This document shows positions 8,464-14,829 of a stretch of DNA of 24,498 nucleotides, one piece after another. Both the position numbers and the translations under genes were made by a program. The notes beneath the pieces are model-generated. The model ran no database searches and had not been told where the DNA came from. It was given only the letters and a program-made list of their open reading frames with translations. Source of the DNA: a virus (taxonomy: Duplodnaviria > Caudoviricetes). The stretch's first letter is position 1, and each line of letters begins with the position of its first letter. The DNA lies in the IMG/VR virus record IMGVR_UViG_3300033076_000816, positions 1 to 24,498 of that record; one strand, 5' to 3'.

Positions 8464-8605
8464 TACTGGGAAACTAACTGTTTACTACCTTTCAGACCAC
8501 CTCGCGGCGACCCTCGACATGGGGTATGAGTCGACGTCCTCCCCACTGTCTATTGGCAATGTCTGGCTTACCGGGTATCCATACGAGCAGTTAGTTTCCC
8601 GGTAC
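8463..8605 (-). ncRNA. unidentified 143-nt structured RNA
   Basis: 18-bp terminal helix GUACCGGGAAACUAACUG / CAGUUAGUUUCCCAGUAC (one mismatch); inner helices CAGAC/GUCUG, AUUG/CAGU, UCGAC/GUCGA, and GCC-GCGA-GGU (GNRA loop). Strand inferred from the GNRA loop and neighbours. Confidence 0.65.
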
Positions 8606-8607
8606 AC

Positions 8608-8658
8608 CGTACCGGTCTCAGGCGTTTGGCTGCGCGGGCTACAACCTGAGATACTACG
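8608..8658 (-). ncRNA. 51-nt hairpin element in the RNA cassette
   Basis: CGUA/UACG outer pairs and UCUCAGG/CCUGAGA 7-bp stem. Confidence 0.4.
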
Positions 8659-8666
8659 AACAGCGA

Positions 8667-8732
8667 GCGGGGAACAATGCGAGACACGGGGAGTCGTCGT
8701 CGTAAGATGAACCCGTGTTCTTTCGCCACCGC
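8667..8732 (-). ncRNA. minimal Y RNA-like element Y3
   Basis: GCGGUGGCGAAAGA-ACACGGG-UUCAUCUUACGACGACGACUC-CCCGUGU-CUCGCAUUGUUCCCCGC. The ends pair and it contains GGCGAAAG, matching the GNCGAAN(0-1)G motif described for bacterial Y RNAs. Confidence 0.8.
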
Positions 8733-8751
8733 AAAATCTGAATACAGCTGC

Positions 8752-8784
8752 ATTCTAAGACAGTGATGCAGACATTAATACCAA
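8752..8784 (-). promoter_or_regulatory. putative promoter for the RNA cassette and Ro gene
   Basis: Minus strand TTGG-TATTAA-N17-TAGAAT, about 20 nt upstream of Y3; same geometry as three other intergenic elements in this arm. Confidence 0.6.
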
Positions 8785-8785
8785 T

Positions 8786-8983
8786 CTAGTGCTTTACCGT
8801 ACCGCCAAAATCAACGGCTGGATACACAGAAGAGATGGAGACTTCAGACTTGCCAAGGATCGCCACGGCAAACTGAATCGCCTCTTCGCGCGTAAAACCT
8901 TCTTCCATGAAAGCTTCAACCGTGGCACCGATAGCACTTGTCAGCCCGCGCAAATCTCTTTTCTGCTTATCACTCAGGCTCAT
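8786..8983 (-). CDS. hypothetical protein, 65 aa
   Basis: AGGAGA RBS and ATGA overlap with the upstream gene; contains EEGFTREEA, common in small phage proteins. Confidence 0.7.
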   Translation of the reverse strand: MSLSDKQKRDLRGLTSAIGATVEAFMEEGFTREEAIQFAVAILGKSEVSISSVYPAVDFGGTVKH

Positions 8984-9375
8984 GACCGCGTTCTCCTTTC
9001 TATCTTCATGTCTTCCTCCCGGTGGAGTAATGGTTTTGTACCAGATGCCTCAAGCCGCAGCGCAGATGGCAGTTGCTGGAGCTGTAGCCAAGATTTCAAC
9101 TCTCGGCCGCGGTCTATCGCGTAACGTTGCCCCATGAGATCTGCTACACGGTACAGCCACAGCCATCGCCTGCGCTCGGCAGATAGCCAACGGATATCCT
9201 CTGCCGAAGTCAATGGGTCAAGCATCCGCATACCATGCTTATTGCTATTGCCCCAGTGACGGAAGGCAACGGTCGCCAGGCATTCAACGTAATACTTCAA
9301 CAACGACGGCACGCGGTCGTTCGGAGTTTTCTTCGCCTCTGCCCAGGGATCAATGTTTGTTGGAGAGATACGCAT
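8980..9375 (-). CDS. hypothetical protein
   Basis: Start moved to the ATG at 9375 (MRISPTN), preceded by AAGGA; the longer ORF would overlap the upstream gene heavily. Confidence 0.55.
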   Translation of the reverse strand: MRISPTNIDPWAEAKKTPNDRVPSLLKYYVECLATVAFRHWGNSNKHGMRMLDPLTSAEDIRWLSAERRRWLWLYRVADLMGQRYAIDRGRELKSWLQLQQLPSALRLEASGTKPLLHREEDMKIERRTRS

Positions 9376-10162
9376 GGATCTGGTCCTTGATTGAGTCGAG
9401 ACCACCATTGGCATACAGGATGGTCGGGATGTGTTTCTTGATAAGGATCTGATGTGCGTGCTGGCAGAACTTAGTCCACAGCACAGCCGCATCGTAGCCA
9501 GAGAAAGCAGATCCAGACAGCTCGCCTGACTCAATGAACGACAGCCTGGCCGCGCCATTAATAGCCTGTTCGATGAAAGGTCTCTGCGAGTTGAGAGGGC
9601 CGACAACCAGGATCTTCGGAGTACGTAGGTCGCCTTCTACAGGAAGATCCACTGCCGCTGGTTTTTGCCTTAGTGAGTCGACTAGCTGCTTTGTGACCCT
9701 GACATCATCGTGGGTCACTGCCAACTTGGCGCTTAGTTCTTGGACAAGATTGGATAGCCGGCCAACTTGTGCCGCCACGTCAGAAATGGCCAACAAAGCA
9801 GGCTCCAGGCTGGAATTAGCTGGTAGAAGTTCACTGATGAGCGTGGAAAGCGCCTCTCGGACTGGATCCGAGCTTTGGACTGGTTGTGGTCCAACTGCCG
9901 GTGGCCACAACTGTTCTCCGCCGCCTCCGTGATGATTGAGGAGATTGTAAAAGTGGATGTTCAGTTCACGCCTGACTTGCTTCATGCAGGCTGTCAATGA
10001 GGTCTTCGTCCTCTGCCTTCCAGGCTCTATCACTGCTTTCTGCGCGAAGTCAACATCAGACGGCATAATCCCTGACAAATTCTTATGCGGCCCATGTTTT
10101 TTGAACAGGTAGTCTGCAATATGCATATACTCAAGACTTGTCCAACGGGTTTTGGTCGCCAT
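9350..10162 (-). CDS. hypothetical protein with coiled coil and C-terminal DUF2325-like alpha/beta domain
   Basis: Start moved to the ATG at 10162 (MATKTRW). C-terminus KILVVG...YDAAVLWTKFCQHA...ILYANGGLDSI resembles the DUF2325 pattern. Confidence 0.6.
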   Translation of the reverse strand: MATKTRWTSLEYMHIADYLFKKHGPHKNLSGIMPSDVDFAQKAVIEPGRQRTKTSLTACMKQVRRELNIHFYNLLNHHGGGGEQLWPPAVGPQPVQSSDPVREALSTLISELLPANSSLEPALLAISDVAAQVGRLSNLVQELSAKLAVTHDDVRVTKQLVDSLRQKPAAVDLPVEGDLRTPKILVVGPLNSQRPFIEQAINGAARLSFIESGELSGSAFSGYDAAVLWTKFCQHAHQILIKKHIPTILYANGGLDSIKDQIHAYLSNKH

Positions 10163-10166
10163 GGCA

Positions 10167-10574
10167 TCACACCTTCGTGAGAGACAGAGAGACTTTTTGG
10201 AATGGCTCGACGCCTGGCACCTCGATCTTTGAATCCCACAACTCTTTGATGCCTTCAGTTGACACAGACTTCTGCAGCAGGTCAAAGCGTTTTTTCTTGA
10301 TGATCCACGCCAGGAGTTCTTCCCAGTTAGTGATGTTAACGACTGTCTGCCGCTTGATGGCGGCGACGGCTGTCTCACCCTTGGCGCCCTCAATTTCGTC
10401 CTTGCTGAATGAATCGATGATGTGGTTGAACCACTGCGTTTCAGTCTGCTTCATGTCATCAACCTCATGCTGAACCATCAGGCGCTCAGCCCTCATGGCA
10501 TATGCAGCGTCGATGCATGTGCCTAACTTCTTGGGGAACTTGATAGGCTTGACTTCAGTCTTCTTTGTTGCCAT
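10167..10574 (-). CDS. conserved phage hypothetical protein
   Basis: AAGGAG RBS; N-terminal coiled coil, then NWEELLAWI...FDLLQKSVS...EVPGVE pattern seen in phage replication modules. Confidence 0.75.
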   Translation of the reverse strand: MATKKTEVKPIKFPKKLGTCIDAAYAMRAERLMVQHEVDDMKQTETQWFNHIIDSFSKDEIEGAKGETAVAAIKRQTVVNITNWEELLAWIIKKKRFDLLQKSVSTEGIKELWDSKIEVPGVEPFQKVSLSLTKV

Positions 10575-10707
10575 GGCTGCATGCTCCTTTGTTTACGGCA
10601 ACTGAGTTGCCATCAGTGAACCCGGTCGAGTAACCGGTAGAAAAAATAATCAGTCCCAGGGTGAACACAACCACAGACCAAAATACGAAGGCGTCTCGGT
10701 TCATCAT
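10555..10707 (-). CDS. small membrane protein, 50 aa, absent from the ORF track
   Basis: MMNRDAFVFWSVVVFTLGLIIFSTGYSTGFTDGNSVAVNKGACSHGNKED; AAGGA RBS; ATGA overlap with the DUF2786 stop; one hydrophobic helix. Confidence 0.6.
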   Translation of the reverse strand: MMNRDAFVFWSVVVFTLGLIIFSTGYSTGFTDGNSVAVNKGACSHGNKED

Positions 10708-11432
10708 GAGATCCTTGCTTGCTGAGGCCTTGCATCGGCAATCGGCCGATTGGTAGGGATATTGACCCGTCCAGCCCAGTCACGGGCCTTGGCCTCGATA
10801 TGGGCATTCGTATCGAACTGCACCTCCTCGATTTGAGAAGCCCCAAAGGCTTCGGCGATCATCTGGGCCTTCTTGTTGTACACGGCAACAGCAGTGCCAG
10901 TCGAAGCGTGGACCTCCTCATCTTGACTCGCGGCCATTTCAGACAATCTCTTCTGAAGGTGGGACGCAGCAGCGACACGGAAAGCTCCACGCTCTTTCAT
11001 GCTTGGCAGGTTTTGGTTCCTCGCCTCTTTGAATAAGGCACGGCACAGGATATCCAGCAACCACTTGGCAAAGACGACGTCAGTGGAATACCCTGAGAAG
11101 CGCACGCCAGCCTGGCCGTTGACTGTGTAACCGTCAACCTTGACCTGGCACAGGCTCGAAATACCGACTGCCACCATCCCAACCCAGATTGGCAACGTCT
11201 TCTGCGGTCCCTTGGCGCCTGGGTCATACGATGAGAAGGCCATTTCCTGAACCAGGTCCGGCTCGTCTGACATGAGGTCCTGCATTTGGGCCTCAGCTGC
11301 CTCGATGTTGAACTTCCGCATCATGGCAGCAGCCTGGCGGGCGGCGTTCTCGGCCTCGCCTGACGTGGCAGCTCCGTTGTCTGCCAAGGCAAGGAGCTTG
11401 CGGACCTTCTCGATTGCGTCGTCGCGGTTCAT
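10704..11432 (-). CDS. DUF2786 domain protein
   Basis: N-terminal IEKVRKLLALA...EAENAARQAAAMMRKFNIE signature. Confidence 0.85.
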   Translation of the reverse strand: MNRDDAIEKVRKLLALADNGAATSGEAENAARQAAAMMRKFNIEAAEAQMQDLMSDEPDLVQEMAFSSYDPGAKGPQKTLPIWVGMVAVGISSLCQVKVDGYTVNGQAGVRFSGYSTDVVFAKWLLDILCRALFKEARNQNLPSMKERGAFRVAAASHLQKRLSEMAASQDEEVHASTGTAVAVYNKKAQMIAEAFGASQIEEVQFDTNAHIEAKARDWAGRVNIPTNRPIADARPQQARIS

Positions 11433-11689
11433 TTCTTCTCTCCCAGGTTGATGATACCCATGCGGGAAAGCGTCATGCGCTCAGGGCTGAACCGCTGGAG
11501 CTTGCGCAGGCGCAGCGCCTCGCGGGTCATGGCCATGGCGCGGTTGAGGAACTTGTGATCCTTGCGGCCGTGACGGCGATAGAGGTCGAGGTTGACCTGC
11601 GACGTGATCAGCAGGTCTTCGATGGCGTACTCGACAGGCTGCCCGTAGCGCTTGGCGACAGGCTTTTCAGGGGACATCGTTTCGTACAT
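11429..11689 (-). CDS. hypothetical protein, 86 aa
   Basis: AAGGAG RBS, upstream promoter, ATGA overlap with the next gene. Confidence 0.7.
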   Translation of the reverse strand: MYETMSPEKPVAKRYGQPVEYAIEDLLITSQVNLDLYRRHGRKDHKFLNRAMAMTREALRLRKLQRFSPERMTLSRMGIINLGEKK

Positions 11690-11718
11690 TTGAACACTCC
11701 TTAACAGTTGACGGATCT

Positions 11719-11751
11719 ATTTTACCCGGTACGAAAAAAGATAAACACCAA
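11719..11751 (-). promoter_or_regulatory. putative early promoter
   Basis: Minus strand TTGG-TGTTTA-N17-TAAAAT. Confidence 0.6.
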
Positions 11752-11754
11752 CTT

Positions 11755-11874
11755 TTATGTGTGGAAGATCCAGGTCTTTTGGCCTCGATTGGTCCACTCA
11801 ACAGTGGCCGCTGGCATGACAAAGCAGAAGGCGCGGCCTTGCTTGAGAGCCTCGGCGCACGCCTTCCACCACAT
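11755..11874 (-). CDS. small hypothetical protein, 39 aa, absent from the ORF track
   Basis: MWWKACAEALKQGRAFCFVMPAATVEWTNRGQKTWIFHT; TGATG coupling to the DUF932 stop; ends just before the next promoter. Confidence 0.45.
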   Translation of the reverse strand: MWWKACAEALKQGRAFCFVMPAATVEWTNRGQKTWIFHT

Positions 11875-12857
11875 CACACTGCCTTCTGCAAAACAAAGTC
11901 GTTCATGGCCTGCTCAAAGACAGAGCGCTTGAATTGAGCACCAGTATAGAACCATGCATTTTCCAACCTGCGCTCTTGTGACTTGCCTTTGTGCCAGTCA
12001 GCTGCCTCGGTAACGGCATTGACGAGTCCCCACGCTGTCCCCTTGGCTGTCTTGAGGTCAGCACCCAGGCCTTTGCCATCGAACAGCTGGATGACAGTAG
12101 AAACCTCCGTTTTCTTCGGTTGGTCAGCCATCGGCTTCGTGGCATCACCGCCGAATACCTTGAGCGTGAAGGCAAGGGCCTGCTCATTGGTTATCTTGAC
12201 ATCGGCCAGGGACTCAGCCTGTTGTGTGAATTCCTGCCAACCGTCCTCGAGGAGTCCAAGCTGCTCCTGTACGCTCTGTGCCCTGAACTGCGAAGCATGA
12301 GATACCTTGACCTCGGCGCCATGGTCCCGGTTGCTCATTTCGAGAGTGTTGTTGCAGACAACCCGGACACTCGTGTGACGGGCGACAGTGCGCAGCGTAC
12401 CGTCGCAGCTCGTGGCCAGTAGCACGTACCCCTTGATGACATCCCGGCTCTTCTTGATGGCCTTCTCTTCACCCGTCTTGGCAAGAGCCCAATACTTCTG
12501 CCCCTTGAACAGCACGCCGGCTGTCTCAAGCGTGAATCCGTAGTCCTTTGTCAGGTTGCGGAAGAATTCCAAGACTTCGAGCGGTTGGACGACGCGGTAC
12601 TTGCTGCCGACGATAGATAGCGGCTCTCCGTTGTCTGCCCTATAAAGAGCATACTTGTCAGGAAACGCGTGGACCTGCTTGCCGACAGTGTAGCCGACAG
12701 GGGCAGAGTGGATCTGAAAGTCCATGCCGCTCTCTTTTGCCCAGGTCTCAAGCGGCGCGTTCGGAGTCAGGACTTGGCCTAGGCCATGCCAGGGTGTGTC
12801 GCCCACGTATGCCATGCGGGCGCGGCCGTCAGTGAAGAAGTTCAATTCATGTGCCAT
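11874..12857 (-). CDS. DUF932 (DUF945-related) phage/plasmid protein
   Basis: MAH...MAY..TPWHGLG, Y..VQP, ETAGVL..G, LLATSCDGT, RVVCNNTL, GTAWGLVNAVTE; AAGGAGA RBS before the ATG at 12857. Confidence 0.92.
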   Translation of the reverse strand: MAHELNFFTDGRARMAYVGDTPWHGLGQVLTPNAPLETWAKESGMDFQIHSAPVGYTVGKQVHAFPDKYALYRADNGEPLSIVGSKYRVVQPLEVLEFFRNLTKDYGFTLETAGVLFKGQKYWALAKTGEEKAIKKSRDVIKGYVLLATSCDGTLRTVARHTSVRVVCNNTLEMSNRDHGAEVKVSHASQFRAQSVQEQLGLLEDGWQEFTQQAESLADVKITNEQALAFTLKVFGGDATKPMADQPKKTEVSTVIQLFDGKGLGADLKTAKGTAWGLVNAVTEAADWHKGKSQERRLENAWFYTGAQFKRSVFEQAMNDFVLQKAV

Positions 12858-12900
12858 TACAATTCTCCTTGAAAAGAGGTTGTCAACAAAGTACGGCGAT

Positions 12901-12933
12901 ATTTTACGCCGCATATAGAACACTGTACACCAA
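12901..12933 (-). promoter_or_regulatory. putative early promoter
   Basis: Minus strand TTGG-TGTACA-N17-TAAAAT. Confidence 0.65.
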
Positions 12934-12934
12934 T

Positions 12935-13276
12935 TTATATCATGCTGTCAATTCTTGCCTTACACGCGGGACAGCGATTGATAAGAAGATACAAATTGAG
13001 CAGGACATCAACCTTTGCATTCTGCTCTTCACTGCTTAGATAAGAGAAGTCGGGCTGCTCGAGTGGAGAGGCATGGTTATACCCGCGACTAATCATCTCT
13101 TGCACCAAGATCTCGTGTCTCTGTATGTACGAGCCAGGCTCAACCGCGTTGCTCTTGATGTAGCCGGTCAACGACCTCCGCTTCTTCCAACCAGGGAGGA
13201 ACTTGTGCAACTCGCTGTGCTCACCCAGCAAATGCTGTCGGCACATGAAGCGAGGGTCTACCATCCACATCCTCAT
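12935..13276 (-). CDS. denV: pyrimidine dimer DNA glycosylase / T4 endonuclease V-like protein
   Basis: MRMW...MCRQHLLGEHSELH...RHEILVQEMISRGYNH.SPL pattern; the ATG at 13276 overlaps the upstream stop (ATGA). Confidence 0.8.
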   Translation of the reverse strand: MRMWMVDPRFMCRQHLLGEHSELHKFLPGWKKRRSLTGYIKSNAVEPGSYIQRHEILVQEMISRGYNHASPLEQPDFSYLSSEEQNAKVDVLLNLYLLINRCPACKARIDSMI

Positions 13277-13668
13277 GGTTTGTTGAACCACGCAATAACC
13301 TGCACTAGAGACCCTTCAAACGTCACCTCTCCATCGTCTGCCTTGATGTCACACACCTGGGCCTTGCCTTTGGTCTTGCCTCTATGCCCACATGCCGGCG
13401 TCAACCAATATAGTACATCACCGGTCTTTAAATCACAGATAGAGAATGAATCATAAAGAGATCCATCAATGGGGCAGTTGTTTTTATAAAACACATACAT
13501 CGTGTCCTGATTGATCTTTGGTGAATGGCAGATAGCTCTCAAGATATCATCAATCTTGTCCTGCTTGGCCGGCAGATACCGGTCTTGGCAGAACCAGTCA
13601 TAAAAGTTGTTGCAGCTCGCAGCCTTCGGATTCTTCAGGTATTCACGGATTGAAATGTTGCCCATCAT
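13273..13668 (-). CDS. conserved hypothetical protein
   Basis: FYDWFC...YVFYKNNCP...LYDSFSICD motif-rich ORF; AAGGA before the ATG. Confidence 0.75.
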   Translation of the reverse strand: MMGNISIREYLKNPKAASCNNFYDWFCQDRYLPAKQDKIDDILRAICHSPKINQDTMYVFYKNNCPIDGSLYDSFSICDLKTGDVLYWLTPACGHRGKTKGKAQVCDIKADDGEVTFEGSLVQVIAWFNKP

Positions 13669-13697
13669 GCCATCCTTTACAGTGAACGAACACAATT

Positions 13698-13721
13698 GAG
13701 GGGCCTCTCATGAGGCCACTC
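13698..13721 (-). other. intergenic hairpin
   Basis: GAG-T-GGCCTC-ATGA-GAGGCC-C-CTC after the stop of 13735..14064; no clear U tract. Confidence 0.35.
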
Positions 13722-13734
13722 TCAGCGGCCGCTC

Positions 13735-14064
13735 TTACTTCGCAAACTTATGGCCGTCTTGACGCATCATGTACTTGTGCCATGCCACGTCCTTGGTCGT
13801 GCAGTTGGATTCCGGGAACTTGGCCTTGACCTTGTCCACGATCTCGGCAGGTGTGTTCTTCTCGGCAACCAACAACTCGCGGATGTAGGCACCACTGCCG
13901 ACCTTGGCCTTGCCACCACCGTCCTTGCCCTTCGGCAGGACGGCCTCAACGCGCTTGATCGCTTCGGCCTTGCTGCCTGAGAAGGCCTTGATCGGCTTCG
14001 CGGCATGCTTGTTGTAGACTTCGGTCAGTTCCTTGAGGGACAGCTCATTCAGATTCTTGCTCAT
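13735..14064 (-). CDS. basic hypothetical protein, possibly DNA-binding
   Basis: AGGAGA RBS, own promoter, Lys-rich, C-terminal helical IRELL...PAEIVDKVKAKFP...VAWHKY. Confidence 0.75.
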   Translation of the reverse strand: MSKNLNELSLKELTEVYNKHAAKPIKAFSGSKAEAIKRVEAVLPKGKDGGGKAKVGSGAYIRELLVAEKNTPAEIVDKVKAKFPESNCTTKDVAWHKYMMRQDGHKFAK

Positions 14065-14121
14065 GACATTCTCCTAACAGGTTTTGAGGGTTTAGCACCA
14101 ATCGGTCAGTGCATGATTGAG

Positions 14122-14153
14122 ATTCTAAACACGTTAAAACATCTTGTACACAA
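14122..14153 (-). promoter_or_regulatory. putative early promoter
   Basis: Minus strand TTG-TGTACA-N17-TAGAAT. Confidence 0.65.
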
Positions 14154-14286
14154 CTTTAATTGCCCAGACAGATCACTTTTTCTTGGGGCAATTTCTGTAC
14201 TTTTTCACAAAACCATGGTATTCGCGCGCACGGGCGCGTGTATTCTTATTAGCGGCCGCCTTCTGTGTGCGGCTCGTGGCAGCCTG

Positions 14287-14802
14287 TCAGAGAAACCTGT
14301 TCACCATTTCCTGCAGGATCTCTTCACGGTCTGAGCGGGACATCTGGCGAAGCAGCAACAACTCGGCGCGAAGCTCTTTGGGCAGCATCTGTGAATACTT
14401 CGTGTGCCACACGCCAATCCTTTTGCCAACAGCCAACACCCTGGCGATGTCAGGCCCTTTCCAACCCGGCGGCTTGATTACATCATGCGGACTTCCGCGC
14501 TTGCTGCCTTCGCCGTTCGGACCGGCTTTGACTTTCCGCATGTTCGCACGCTGCACTTCATCCCACGCTTCATTGAACGGGAATCCGTGGAGGTACGCAG
14601 TACCCAGGGCGACATAGACCAGGTCAACCAAGGCGTCAAGCATGCCTTCCATGTCTCCCTCAGCCATCGCCTTCTCATACTCGGCCAGTTCTTCATGCAT
14701 GAACTTCACGCGGAATCCGGCCAGGTCTTCGGGCAAAGCTCTCGGCTCTCCGTTGTATGCCAGCCCGAACTTCTTATGGAACAACTTGATGTCTGTGTAC
14801 AT
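14287..14802 (-). CDS. MazG-like / all-alpha NTP pyrophosphohydrolase
   Basis: FHKKFG, RVKFMHEELAEY, LDALVDLVYVALG, AWDEVQRANMRK, VIKPPGWKGPDI. Confidence 0.88.
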   Translation of the reverse strand: MYTDIKLFHKKFGLAYNGEPRALPEDLAGFRVKFMHEELAEYEKAMAEGDMEGMLDALVDLVYVALGTAYLHGFPFNEAWDEVQRANMRKVKAGPNGEGSKRGSPHDVIKPPGWKGPDIARVLAVGKRIGVWHTKYSQMLPKELRAELLLLRQMSRSDREEILQEMVNRFL

Positions 14803-14829
14803 CTCTCACTTCTCCTTTGTTGAAAACCT

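Noticed and set aside
8520-8560. Anticodon-loop-like heptamers UUGCCAA and CUCAUAC in the 143-nt RNA
   Set aside because: A YU-NNN-A(A/C) pattern is expected about twice by chance in this length, and neither is closed by a proper anticodon stem.
8490-8580. Short resemblances to 16S rRNA (GAUACCCGGUA, GUGGGGAGGACGUC, CCGCGAGGUGG)
   Set aside because: The matches are 11-14 nt, compared from memory, and come from distant parts of 16S. Chance cannot be excluded, so no rRNA fragment or mimic is called.
8463-8605. Hammerhead or other known small ribozyme
   Set aside because: CUGAAAG does not fit the CUGANGA core, and I could not build a convincing hammerhead, HDV, twister or pistol topology by hand. 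It still merits a model search.
8256-8732. CRISPR array
   Set aside because: Shared motifs are short (6-8 nt), occur as paired 5' and 3' strands of stems with irregular spacing, and no cas operon is present. The Cas4-like nuclease is a standard phage replication gene.
8519-8753. ORFs 8519..8710 (+) and 8568..8753 (-)
   Set aside because: Short, no convincing RBS or protein motif, and they overlap the structured RNA elements.
14144-14617. This and the many other antisense or nested ORFs in the track (for example 4585..5088, 7594..8235, 15331..16023, 21858..22475)
   Set aside because: They lie opposite or inside well-supported genes, lack RBSs and motifs, and are expected shadow ORFs in moderately GC-rich coding DNA.
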